This document shows, piece by piece, positions 51,171 through 63,970 of a stretch of 64,000 bases of DNA. The DNA comes from Octopus sinensis (taxonomy: Eukaryota), in the NCBI RefSeq assembly GCF_006345805.1, contig NC_043008.1, positions 52,824,001 through 52,888,000 of the forward strand. Direction: 5' to 3'. How positions within the stretch are numbered: the first letter of the stretch is position 1; each line of letters opens with the position of its first letter. Under the pieces are notes generated by a model that was not told the DNA's origin, did not search any database, and saw nothing but the letters and a program-made list of their open reading frames with translations. A program made the position numbers and the translations under genes.

Positions 51171-52149
51171 GTGATCAGTGATGCAAAACACCATTGTCTC
51201 TCAATATAGACAGATGCCAAAGAAGAATGCACAATGACTCGTCAAAAGTAGGAGGTGAAAAGACAGTGCCACTGATTAGGATATTTCCCCCAATAAACAT
51301 AGAAGAGTATTTTAAGTTACATTGCTACACACCCTTTAATGAACAATGCTTAAAAGATAACCAATATTTAAACTGTACAACTAGGTAACATAATATCAGT
51401 CCAAATATAAACTCATATTCAACAAAGATGAATGCTAAATCCACCCACTTGGCTAAATCTGATTTTAAGTCGCCTTCACTTACACACACACAAACACACT
51501 GTAAGACAGAGTAGGACACATGATATATGAGTGTGTGAACAGCAGATAACATTCAAGTCTCATTTGGAAACATAAGACAAGAGCTATTGTTACTCTTTTA
51601 AAAGACAATCTGTTCTAAAGTAAAATAAAATAAAAAAACAATTTGTCTTGCAGATATCTTTGGAAAAGAAAAAGCAAAAAGAGAAAAAAAAAATGGAAAA
51701 CAAAAATAATTAATAGATAAGTTAAAAATGAATACCTTGGAGGATGGTGAAACAGAAAATAAGATTAGAAATAGACAATAAGGTAATTCATTTAAATGCT
51801 ATCAAAATATTTGGATATTTTAATAGTATTTAAATCTTATTGGAATTTAAGTTATCAGATTATTGAACTCATTGATTTATGCATTTCTTTATTCATTTAT
51901 ATATATTAGCATTTTGTTGTTCATTTAATGTTATTAGCAGAAACTGGTTGAAATTCAATGGTTTGGATATTAGAATTTCCAAGAGTTTTAGGTTTACTAA
52001 TGCCTGGAATTTTTGGGGGGTTTTTATTAAATTTGTTGGTTAAAATTGAACCTAGAACAAGTTAGTAAATAGAGGATAAAACCAATATGTTGCTCACCTA
52101 TCAATCACTGGCCATGATTTCTATCATGATCATCATTATCAGCATTATT

Positions 52150-52960
52150 ATCATCATCATCGTTTAACGTCCATCTTCCATGCTAGCATGGGTGGGATGG
52201 TTCCACAAGAGCCGACCAGGCCGAAGCCTGCATCAGACTTCTGTGACAGTTTTGGGAAGATTTCTACAGTTTGATGCCCTTCTTAACATCACCACTCAGC
52301 AGAGTGGACTTAGTGCATTTTACATGGCACAAGCACAGGTGAGGTCAGTTTTGGCAAGGTTTTTACAGTTGGATGCCCTTCCGAAAACCAACCACTTTAC
52401 AGTGTGGACTGGATGCTGTTAAGTGGCACCTGCACTGATAGGGTGACCAAGTACTTGCAAGACATAAAAAATATACATAACTATTATTGAGCCAACAAGC
52501 TGGCAGAATCATTGCCATGCTGGAAAAAAAAGCTTAATGGCATTTGTTCCAGCTTAATGTATACTAAGTTCAAGTTTGGCCAAAGGTCAACTCTGCCTTT
52601 CATCCTTTTGAGAGTTGATAAAATGAGTATCAGTTGAACACTGGGGGTCATTGTATTGAACTACCGCTTCCCCAAAACTTTCAGACCCTGTGCTTATATT
52701 AGACAGGATTATTATTATTGTTATTATTATTATTATTATTACTGAAGGTGTCAACCTGGCAGAATTGTTAACTTGTCAGAGAAAAAATGTTTAGTAACAT
52801 TTCTTCCAGCTTCTTTCCGAGTTCAAATTCTGTTATGGTCAACTTTGCCTTTCTTCCTTTTGTGGTTGATAAAATAAGTACCAGTCAAGCATTGAGTTTG
52901 ATGTAATCAACTTGCCCCTCCCAACTTGCTGGCCTTGTGACAAAATTTGAAACCATTATT
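52150..52960. mobile_element. Cluster: SINE-C (minus, about 52150-52440) and two old SINE-B copies (about 52490-52740 and 52745-52960)
   Basis: Family motifs as described above. Confidence 0.75.
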
Positions 52961-53303
52961 ATTACCTCCACCTTAGCAAAAGCAGAGGTATTGTTTTCAG
53001 TAATGTTTGTTTGTTCATGGACAAGATATTTCAAGAACTGCTGGATGGATTTGGATGAAATTTTCAGGGATGTTTAGCCTTGTGACAGGCACGAACTGAT
53101 TAGATTTTGAGATCGATCCAGTACCAGACAAGGATTCTGGATTATTTTACCATTTTTTTTAATTTTTGAGAGTGGTCAAGTTCATTTATTATATTCTTGT
53201 TTGTGAGAGCTATCGAGTTCATTTCAGATATTCGCATTTTAAAAATCATCTCCTTGAGAGGACATTGGTGTTGCTTTGATGGAGGTTTGTGCTCTGAGTG
53301 CTC
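52961..53303 (+). mobile_element. HINE/Helentron-like non-autonomous element
   Basis: 5' TACCTCCACC...GCAGAGGTA hairpin/subTIR, short (TTTG)n, 3' inverted copy GATGGAGGT and terminal GTGCTCTGAGTGC hairpin. Confidence 0.72.
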
Positions 53304-54967
53304 ATTATTATTATTATTGCAGGTGCCCTTGGATAGAGGTGTAAAATGGGAAATACTGACAGAATTAGATGATACCGCGTTAGCCCACCTGCAGGAAATA
53401 GGTACTTATTTTCTGAATTAGGTTTTTGGGTTTTTTAACCGATTTTCTCTGGTCCTGAATATACATTCAAATAAATATATACACATATAAACATGCATGC
53501 ACAAACTGCTATATAATGACAATGATAAAAGAAAACAAACCAAATTGAAGATGAATAACATTCAATGAAAATGAACAGGAACTTTTTGTAGACTTTTGAA
53601 GTTAGAAGTGTTTGGGAAAAATCATTTTAGGAAAAATCATTGAGATGTCAGAGAGAGAGGGAGAAAGAGAGAGAAGTACAGAAGATAACTTTAATATAGA
53701 AAGGAAATACAGAGTCTGGCTGAGAGGCATTGGGGTGGGGGGCAAGAAAGTGGGAGTAAGAGATTAAGTAAGAGTGAGAGGAGAGAGGAATGTACAGACA
53801 TGAAGTTAATCTTCATTCATGAAATAGTCAAAAAAAGGAGTACAAACAAATAAACTACAGTTTCATTCATGACAATGGGAAATTTTCCAGGGAAACCTTC
53901 TGCATGAAGAATAGTTAATAGTAGTATAAACCTAGTTAATGTAATAAGCCAATGAGAAGGACTAAAATTATTTTGAACTCGGGTTTTCCTTTCCACCACC
54001 ACTTAAACATTTATCTTTTACTTCCTTCTCTTTTTCTATTTCTCTTCATTTGTCCACTGCCTTTTCTTCCTCTCTAGTTTCAGTATTTCCATTTGCTTTT
54101 CTTTATACACTACAGAAATACACTATTATATTACACCTTTGCAATCACATTGCTTCAAAGAAATAATTATATATAAGGCTTGGAAAACGAATTTCCTAAC
54201 AGCGTGATGAATCCAAGTAGGTGAAATTTCAGAGTCACTGCCAACTGTTTCTTTTTAAAAATTATATAAGAAAACAGGTGAATGTTTAGTGTCTTCATGT
54301 CTTCACATAAACAGTATTTGAGTGGTGGTTAGTTCCTGTTTATGTATCTTGTAAACAAATCCTGTATTTTGGCAGCTTCAATGTGTGAAGACCAGTGGAA
54401 TAAAGGTACCTTACTTGAAAACATAAGGGTTGGCAACAGGAAGGGCCCTCCAACCATAAAATACCACCTCAAAAAGTTTCTTCCAAGCCATATTGATAGA
54501 GAAAAAGCAGACATGAAAATGACAATGGTGATGATGATAATGATATACACATGAAAATGTACTAAATTTTGAGCTTGTACACAGATCAAAAATTAATTTG
54601 ACCTCCTCATTTCTTGACATAGAAAATATGCCAAAGCTGACACTGGCGCTCAGCATAGCTTAGTGGCTCGCTAAATCCTGTCAAACTACCCAATCTATGC
54701 CGGTATGGAAAATGGACATTAAATGATGATACCGCTGAGTTTTTTGGTTAGCTCAGGGCTGTAGTAGAAGACACTTGCTCAAGTCACCACACAGTGGGAG
54801 TGAAACTAAAACCAGGTGGTTGGGAAGCAAGCTTCTTAACCTTAGAACCATGCCAGCATTTTAATATCAGTTTAAAGCATTATTTATAATCTGTTCTTTG
54901 ATTACTAGTAAAGAGCAATAGCTAAATAATCCAACAAAAAAACCACTTCAAAATTCGATCAAATTTA

Positions 54968-54971
54968 CTGT

Positions 54972-55050
<79 letters not shown>
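54968..55050. repeat. (TA)n microsatellite
   Basis: Direct reading. Confidence 0.95.
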
Positions 55051-55053
<3 letters not shown>

Positions 55054-56127
55054 ACTCCTGTCACAACCTGGGACCTTGAAGACTGCTATAACGCATGAAA
55101 GTATACTAGTCCCTTAATATTTTATATTCAAAATTTCATCTACTCAATAAGACAATACTTCATTTCATTTTACTATATCTATATTATTTATACTATATAT
55201 TCTATATTCTACATTAATATTATAAATAAAACATAAAAAACAGACAGAGTTGGAATTTCTTTGAATAATACATGTCCCTTTATACACGATCATACAAACC
55301 CCTTTTTATTTATATATATCACACAAATAAACAAACAAAAAAGAAGGAAAAAGAGAGAGAATTGGAGATTTCTTTTAAATATATTTTTTCCAATTTCTAT
55401 AAGAGATAAAGTCTAATTTGAAAAGATTTACACACAGATGCATAATTTGAATAATTCTAAGTTCATTTTCTTTTGCCAGCACAATCTTTGGGATTTTAAA
55501 GCTATTGGGGTTACAGATGAAAATTCCTATTGCAGACATGGTGCCAGTTCTAATACAAAGAATATTACATAATATGGCTAGGAAGACACTGTTTCAATGT
55601 CATTGAAGAGTATCCAGCTTTAATGACACATGCTCAAGCAATTCAAATGCAATTATTCAAAATTCATAGAATATTTTGTCTTCCAGCATAAAAAAATAAC
55701 ATTAAAAGCATACATAAATTCATCGATTGATATTTTCTGGCTAATATTTGTTTCTCTTTGAATGTGTGCATGGATGCATATACACATGTGTATGTATGTA
55801 TGTATGTGTGTGTATACATATATATGCATACATATATACACATGCATAAGTATATACATGCATATAGACATGCATAGATATGCATATATCATACATATAT
55901 GCATATGTAAATACATATGTATATATGCATACATATGTGTTTGTGAGTCTATATATATATTATTAATAGTTACATTGTAATTATCTCCACATAACATATT
56001 TTGTTTCTTTTTCTGTTCAATATCTAGATCGAAAGGCTCCTAGACTAATCTAAAATTCTATCTTCTTTCTTTCATTCATTCATATTTTCATTAAAAATAG
56101 AGATTCAATGAACTAGGTGTCGAACTA

Positions 56128-56460
56128 GACCACATCCAAAAGCACCACTTTACCAACTGGCATAACATCACAGACACATTCCTGTTCCTTCGGCTCACAG
56201 ATGCACCATCTCTTTCTGCCTTTTTTACTATAACATCAATGACCTCTACTCCTTGAAGCTGACAAGTCTCAAGCCAACTCCATTCAAGCAATCCATACTC
56301 ATTTCTCATCTCCCTTGATGTGTCCTTTCTACTCATTAGGCTCAGTCCTTCTTTCCCTAAGCATCCATCCTCTGGAACTCTCCTCCTTGCTCGTGTCTTT
56401 CCTGCTAAGCGTTGAATTACACCAGCTTAAGTTAGAGCATTAATGATATCAAACTCACCA
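56128..56460 (+). mobile_element. Decayed CR1/Jockey-group LINE 3' end
   Basis: Reads DHIQK ... AHRCTISFCLFYYNIN ... QSFFP*ASILWNSPP, matching the LxHRR...SFFPRTxxLWNSLP tail, with several stops. Confidence 0.65.
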
Positions 56461-56599
56461 ATTTCAGTGGCCTTGGATAGACCATGCACATTGCTCCTTT
56501 GCGTAGACCCCTACCAAAAAAAAAAACAAAAAAAAAACACAAATACCCTTCTTAGAAATATCTGGTTTCTATAGTCAATAGTTCTCCCTACAAGGTCCA

Positions 56600-56850
56600 G
56601 TCCTTGTTGCAATTGATGATTTATGTGCATCAATGACCCTGAAAGTTATACCAGCAGAGTGGAAGCTCCTGGTAGGGTCTCCTATGCCAGGCAGGTCAAA
56701 AGGCAGAGGCTAGACTAATATGGACCACCTTTCCCCAGAAGTAAAGATGGGTTTGTATAGGGCCAACAGAGCCAATACCTCTACCTAGAAAAGGACAGGT
56801 ACCGAAAAACCAAGGACAACTCAGAAACAACAAAACCTGGGAGAGGAAAG
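56600..56850 (+). mobile_element. RTE-type 5' UTR fragment
   Basis: GACCCTG...CTCCTGGTAGGGTCTCCTATGCCAGGCAGGTCAAAAGG...GACTAA...GGGCCAACA resembles Expander/RTE 5' ends from memory. Confidence 0.5.
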
Positions 56851-57019
56851 TCTTCCTTCCCTCACTCTACAAGGGAAATATATGTGGTGCAGCAAAATCT
56901 GAAAGGAAGCTGCAAAGCTGTAGGGATCCAACTGGTCAGAAGCCAAAAAGACAGCCCAGGTGAGAGAACGGGAGAAAAATCATCAATGGCCTAGTCTCCA
57001 TAGGGAGCAAAGGGTTTAA

Positions 57020-57461
57020 TTCTTTAGCATTCATATTATTCTGTCATATGTAAGCCTTATTTATTCACTTTGGTTATCATGCATTTACCTTGTTACTTCA
57101 AGATTTCAATGATGTGATTATTTTTAGAATGATATTGTAAGGTGGGTATTTGGCAGAAACATTAGCACGCCGGGCGAAATGCTGAGCGGTATTTCATCTG
57201 CTGCTACGTTCTGAGTTCAAATTCCGCCGAGGTCAACTTTGCCTTTCATCCTTTCGGAGTCAATTAAATAAGTACCAGTTACACACTGGGTCGATATAAT
57301 CAACTTAATTCGTTTGTCCTTGTTTGTCCATCTCTGTGTTTAGCCCCTTGTGGGTAGTAAAGAAATAGGTATTGATATTTAGAAAGGTATTGTAAGGTAA
57401 CCTGGCCAGTTTGAACATTAAGCAAGTAGAATATTTTGGCCGGATATGGCCAGTTTATGGG
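57020..57461 (-). mobile_element. piggyBac-like MITE family 1, interrupted by SINE-B (57151-57367)
   Basis: TTAA at 57016-57019 and 57462-57465; ATATTTTGGCCGGATATGGCCAGTTT is identical to the inner copy at 28.5 kb. Confidence 0.75.
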
Positions 57462-58406
57462 TTAAGTAAATATAGTGAACAGTAGTTTGTTCGACTAAAA
57501 CCCTTCAAGGCAGTGCTCCACCATGGCCACAGTCAAATGATTGAAACAAGTAAAAGATAAAATATATGTATATAAACAATAATATATATACTTTAAATTT
57601 TCACTCATGACTCTTGCTCTGTGGTCAAGCATAGAGAGTTGGAATTTTAAGCTGCTAATAAGAGAGTAAACCAGTTTTCTTTGAAAACTTACTTGTTGTT
57701 CGTTTTACTTCGATGACCATGGAGAGTATCTTTACCATTTGCATTCTTTTGAAATAATGAGGTAATCTGTGACTAAGACTTGTTTGTAAGTTCACTAACC
57801 GCCAATCTACTACTAGCAAATTAATATAACTAACACAAATAATAAAAGCTAAAGCAAAAAAAACAATAAAGCACTCTATAGCTTTACTTCAACAATTACT
57901 TATAAAGTTATTGTTGTTGTTCACTCCCAAGTCAGCTGTGAACGAGCAGACCAATGACCGAAAGCTTTCCAAATGTGATCATTCCATCCTTTTTAATGTG
58001 CGGTGAGCCCAGGACCAGAGGATTCAGTGTGTCCTTTTCTGTGATTGCAGAGTGTGATTTCAGTGACTTTGATTGTTATTTCTAGCAGATAGGGCAACCA
58101 TGCAAAGGGTTCCTCAATGGCTCATATGCAGAGAGTGAGAGTGATATAAGTGGATGAAGTTCTAAAGAATGTATTTGCTTTTGATGATATATATAGCTTA
58201 GGTGTATCACAATCCTATAGGGTCATAAGGCCAGAGATTATCCTTGATTCCATGATGTATAAGTGACCACAAGTACAATACTCTGCTGAGTTGCAAATAG
58301 TTCACTGGAGAATGTAAGCATTTACAAAGTTACACATGCAGTATGTGTGTGTGTATTATATATACATGCACACATACATGTATGCCATGAGCTTCTTTCA
58401 GTTTCT

Positions 58407-58636
58407 TATTTCATTATTGCCCACAAGAGGCTAAACATAGAGGGGACAAACAAGGACAAACAAAAGGATTAAGTCGATTACATTGACCCCAGTGCATAAC
58501 TGGTACTTAATTTATCGACCCCGAAAGGATGAAAGGCAAAATCGATCTCGGCAGAATTTGAACTCAGAACGTAAAGACAGATGAAATACTGCTAAGCATT
58601 TTGCCCAGTGTGCTAATGTTTCTGCCAGCTCGCCGC
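58407..58636 (-). mobile_element. SINE family B, young, with a 15-bp TSD (1 mismatch), inside a minus-strand SINE-A
   Basis: TSD CTTCTTTCAGTTTCT (58392-58406) / CTTCTTTTAGTTTCT (58637-58651). Confidence 0.88.
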
Positions 58637-59605
58637 CTTCTTTTAGTTTCTATCAACCAAATTTTCTCGCAAGGAATTGGTTGGCCCAAAGCTATTATGA
58701 AAGGCACTTACTCCAAAGTGTGAGACTGAACCAGAATCAAACTTCTTTTGAAACAGCCAAGCCTACATCACACACACAGTAGCTTTGTATAGTTGCATAA
58801 GCACTCAAACGTTCAACAACAACACACTATATGTGTTATCTTTTAATGTGAACAACCTATTACATTTTTCAGACCATAAAATAGCCCTTCATAAACGAGA
58901 CTACTGTGAATACAACACCAAACAAACTTTTGAATTTAAAAATATATTCAATATAATAATTTTATTATATATGGCAATTGAACCAGTTGTGACTTGGTTT
59001 ATATAGGTGCCCCTGCATTACAGAAGTGTTTCTCAAAATCTTGCCATAACATGGAATTCCATATCTGGAAATATATTTTCCATTGACTTCAATATACCAT
59101 GGATGCAATGTTTCCATAACATAGTGATGTCTGATTCCTCAAACCTCTAGAGCTGATTGCCTTTACAAGAGGCTACAAAAGGAACTGTCCAGAGTTGTCA
59201 TTATTATTATTTACGCCGGACAGAATACTTAGCAGAATTTCATCTATAGCTACGTTCTGAGTTCAAATTCAGCCAATGTCATATTTGCCTTTCATAGTTG
59301 ATAAAATAAGTACCACTTGAACACTAGGGTCGATGTAATCAACTCGTTTCCTCACCCAAAATGGCTGCCCATGTGGCAAAATTTGAAATTATTATTATTA
59401 TTAAACAACGGAATTTCTAACTGTCATATAATAAATAACAAACTTGAAAAGATTAAGCTTCATTAAAGAGATTTAATGATACTTTGTCTGCTTTCATAAT
59501 TTCTTGAAATTATCTCATTTTTTTCTTCAAAAGGCAGCTAATAATAGCTTTTAGGTTTTTGCTTACTTTCTGCAACTAAAAGACAAATTTCAATTTGTTA
59601 AGAAT

Positions 59606-59905
59606 ATCTCTGGAGTAACATTACTCAACAGGGTGCATAACTCAAAGATCAGGGAATTTCTCCAGGCAAAACCACTACTTCTGCGCTTTAAGGGGTCACA
59701 GCAATGTTACTACAGACTTGTGATTAGAATGTAGCAGGAAAGAATCACAAGATGGATTCTTCAAGCCAAGCCAACTGGCAGGAGACCTAGGGGTAAAGCA
59801 AGGGGAAGATATTTGGTTGATGTCCATAGTCTCATTTGGTCACACTTAGGAATCCAGCAAGCAAGTATCACAGAAGTTGCTTCTGACAGGACTCTACAAA
59901 GCAGG
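59606..59905 (+). mobile_element. Expander/Rex3-like RTE LINE 3' fragment
   Basis: Reads ISGVTLLNRVHNSKIREFLQAKPLLLRFKGSQQCYYRLVIRM*QERITRWILQAKPTGRRPRGKARGRYLVDVHSLIWSHLGIQ; same lineage as 18125-18560. Confidence 0.82.
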
Positions 59906-59994
59906 TACTCATATATGCAAGTATATATATACATATATATGTAGGTATTTACATAAATGTATGTATATATGCATATATTTATATATTATTATTA

Positions 59995-60052
<58 letters not shown>

Positions 60053-60054
<2 letters not shown>

Positions 60055-60250
60055 AAATTATAAATTAGGGTATCTACCAGATACCACAATGCTGAAAATA
60101 GCAGTCATGATCTGACTCTAAAACCACTTTAATTGTCCATATATCAACATATATATCCATATATGGACAATTAAAGTGGTGTTAGAGTCAGATCTTGGCT
60201 GCTATTTTCAGCATGGTGGTGTCTCGTAGATACCCTAATTTATAATTTTA
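60053..60250. repeat. 198-bp foldback (inverted repeat), probably a hairpin MITE
   Basis: 92-bp arms (60053-60144 and 60159-60250) with 6 mismatches and a 14-bp spacer. Confidence 0.93.
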
Positions 60251-61027
60251 ATAATTATTACCTTTGAAGGTTATTTTTTCCATGCTGACCACTTGATAAA
60301 ATCGTTATTTTATTTCAAATTAACGATCTTATCCTTTATATATATATATATATTTGCAGACATTGTATCACCACCAACCTGAATTGTCTAAATTCATGGC
60401 ATTGGCCAACTCAAGATATTCTCCTTGCTTCACTTTTTGTTATAAACAGTTAACTAAATACTGATTTCTTCACATGTAGTGGGGAGGTGGTTTTGCAATC
60501 AGAACAGCCAGATTTTCAAACACAAAAACTGTTATACAAATTTTATCTGGAAATATCAGCCTCTATTTTTTTTCATGCTATTTGCATGTAAAAACAGACA
60601 CATAACACATTTATCTGTAACAAATTTATCACACCTTCTTTTCTATGCAACTGACTTTATGTGGAACTCTATCATATTTGAAATATAAAAAGTACAGCAG
60701 GGTATTTCTAAGCTTTCAGTAGTTTTTTTTTTATCTAAGAAGAGACAGAGAAGAATTCTTAGCATTGGTACTATAGAACAGAGATAGATTTTAAATTCTA
60801 TAAATCCAATGTGCTTTGCTTGAAGATAAATTATTTAAGTTCAGTAATGCACACTAACAAAAGCTCATTCATTGGTTGAGCTACTAGGCGATCAAGCAAC
60901 ATGCTAGAAACAACAGCAAAATATCTCTCAAACTGCATCCAGCTCTTGAAAGTAGGAAGAACATGTTAGACAATGTAACCACAGATCCACACTGCAAGAC
61001 AAAAAAAAACAACAAAAAGAAAAGCAA

Positions 61028-61420
61028 GCAGGAGTGGCTGTGTGGTAAGTAGCTTGTTTACCAACCACATGGTTCCCGGTTCAGTCCCACTGCCTCTACC
61101 TTGGGCAAGTGTCTTCTACTATAGCCTCGGGCCGACCAAAGCCTTGTCAGTGGATTTGGTAGACGGAAACTGAAAGAAGCCCGTCGTATATATGTATATA
61201 TATATGCGTGTGCGTGTTTGTGTGTGTCTGTGTTTGTCCCCCTAGCATTGCTTGACAACCGATGCTGGTGTGTTTATGTCCCCATTACTTAGCGGTTCAG
61301 CAAAAGAGACTGATAGAATAAGTACTGGGCTTACAAAAGAATAAGTCCCGGGGTCGATTTGCTCGATTAAAGGCGGTGCTCCAGCATGGCCGCAGTCAAA
61401 TGACTGAAACAAGTAAAAAA
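61028..61420 (+). mobile_element. SINE family A, young full-length copy with an 18-bp TSD
   Basis: AAAAAGAAAAGCAAGCAG at 61014-61031 and 61416-61433. Confidence 0.93.
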
Positions 61421-61969
61421 GAAAAGCAAGCAGCCTGATCAAGGCTAGGACACATTTAATTATAGGCATGACCAAATGCAAATAGAACTGACCTGGAGTT
61501 AATAACAACATGTATCAATTAAGTAATGACCCCCGACCAACTTCATAGATTGGACACCAATGTAATAACTAAAAGTACATAAGACAGAGCCACAGAGAGA
61601 AATTTAGTGAGGCATAACAAGGTTACTTTCAGGCCCCAGGAGGAAATTTCTTCCAAAATTCAAAAAGGACTTTTTTACTGTTTTTCATTTCAGTCATAGG
61701 ACAGTGGCCATGCTGGGGCACCGCCTTAAAGGGTTTAGTTAAACAAACTGACATCAGTACTTATTTTTAAGTTTCGTATTATTCTATTGGGCTCTTTTGC
61801 TGAGGTGTTAAGTTATGGGGATGTAAATAAACTAACACCAGTTGTGAAGCAGTGGTAGGGGACAATCACAAACACACAGACACACCCACATACACACGAT
61901 GAGCTTCCATAGTTTCCCTCTACCAAATTTACTCACATGTGATTGGTCAGCTGCATGGTACCTTCTACT

Positions 61970-62203
61970 TAAGGCGGCGAGCTGGCAGAAACGTTAGCAT
62001 GCCGGGCGAAATGCGTAGCCGTATTTTGTCTGCCACTACGTTCTGAGTTCAAATTCAGCCGAGGTCGACTTTGCCTTTCATCCTTTCGGGGTCGATAAAT
62101 TAAGTACCAGTTTTGCACTGGGGTCGATGTAATCGACTTAATCCGTTTGTCTGTCCTTGTTTGTCCCCTCTGTGTTTAGCCCCTTGTGGGTAGTAAAAAA
62201 ATA
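61970..62203 (+). mobile_element. SINE family B, young full-length copy with a 13-bp TSD
   Basis: TSD GGTACCTTCTACT at 61957-61969 and 62204-62216; adjoins a decayed SINE-A (61675-61945). Confidence 0.92.
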
Positions 62204-62850
62204 GGTACCTTCTACTATAGCTATAGTAAAAATCATGTGACTGCAAAGCAATCTTAGTGGGTTTTACGGGAGTTTTTGGGTGGGGTGAGGTTCCTTGTCC
62301 AGCACAATCACAAGCCTCTCCTTGGCTCTCCAGGGTAGACCAAATAATCATCTTGAACCAGCTTCATTGGAAGTTTAATCAGTTTGCCAGTAGTAGGCTG
62401 GAATGAGAGGGTGTATGATGGTCATGCTTGGGTCTGGCAGTAACTTTCAGATGATGCCAATAAGTAGGCTTCAAGTAAGATCAAGGTATAACAAAGCCAG
62501 ATGTCTTATGTGGACAAAGAAATTATTTATTATTTGATTCTAAATTGTGAACATGAGCTCCGGCCACCATAAATAATACAAATATTAAGATAATGATGAT
62601 GATGGTGGTGGTGGTAGAGAGAGAGAGAATGAGAAACCAAATGCATGACAAAGATTAAACAAAGCTAGGCATTTAATCTAACACACTACCAATTCTGACA
62701 TTCATATTGAAATCAATATGTTTCTTAACAAGAAAGAACCATACTACATCAAATACTTGTCAGATCTACACAAGGTCTCAGAACAGAATCCCCCAACAAT
62801 ATTCTATTCTTCAACAACACAAAGAGAATTGCCTAGTAATTCTACCATGG

Positions 62851-62887
<37 letters not shown>

Positions 62888-63194
62888 TCTCTCTCATCTT
62901 GTAAAGGAATATTAATTGCATTAATCTGACCAGTATGCCGCAAAATGAAATGGTCAGGGGATTAACACCCCCTTTTTATTAACCAATAAAAGTATTGTGT
63001 GTGTGGGTGGGTGTGGTGCAGGCATGGCTGTGTGGTTAAAAAGCTCATTTTGCAACAATGTGGTTTCAGGTTCCATCTCACAGTGCAGTACATTGGATAA
63101 GTGTCTTCTACTATAGCCCCAGACTGGTAGATGAATTTGGTAGATAGAAACTGTGTGGAACCAAGTCATTATATCATATTATATATACAAACAC

Positions 63195-63475
63195 AAGCAA
63201 GGGTAGAGCCCCTTCGGTTATGAATGACCATGGCATTGCACCTAGAAAGTTACCCCCTGAGGCACAAGTCCGGGCAAGGTTGTTTTATGGAAGACCAGCA
63301 GCCACCCATGCATACCAGCCTCCCGTCTCCACACCACCGGTGTTATCCAAGGGAAAGGCAACTTATTTCTACAGCTGAATGAACTGCAGCAATGTGAAAT
63401 AAAGTGTCTTGCTCAAGAGCACAACATACATCCTAGTCCAGGAATCGAACTCACTACCTCATGATTGTGAACCCA
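63195..63475 (-). mobile_element. SINE family D head and middle with a different 3' tail
   Basis: Head and TTGAGCAAGACACTTTATTTCACATTGCT match 48482-48747, but the distal 170 bp are unrelated. Confidence 0.7.
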
Positions 63476-63489
63476 ACAAATATATTATA

Positions 63490-63970
63490 CACACACGTCT
63501 TTGTATTTGTCCCCCACCTCTACTTGACAACCAGTGTGGGTTTGCTTATGTCTGCAACTTAACAGTTAAGCAAAAAGAGACTGATTTGTTTGGCTAAACC
63601 CAACAAGGTGGTGCCCCAGAATGGCTGCAGTCCAATGAGTGAAGCAAGTAAAAGGTAAATGTACAGTCTCCCAGCGCAAAAAGAGACTGATTGCCCTTCT
63701 ACTATATTCCTGGGACAATCAATATCTTGAGAGTGAATTTGGTAGACGGAAACTGTGTGGAAGCCCACACGTGTATGTGCGTGTGTTTGCCCTCCATTTG
63801 ACAACTGGTGTTGGTTTGTTTACGTCCCTGTAACTTAGCACTTTAGCAAAAAGGGATGACAGGATAAGTGTCAAAATTTAAAAAATAAGTACTGGGGTTG
63901 ATTTTTTGTTTTTTAGTAAAAACCCTTCATGGTGATGCCCCAGCATAGCTACAGTCAAATGACTGAAATG
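63490..63970 (+). mobile_element. Fragmented SINE-A copies
   Basis: Two partial middles and tails. Confidence 0.75.
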
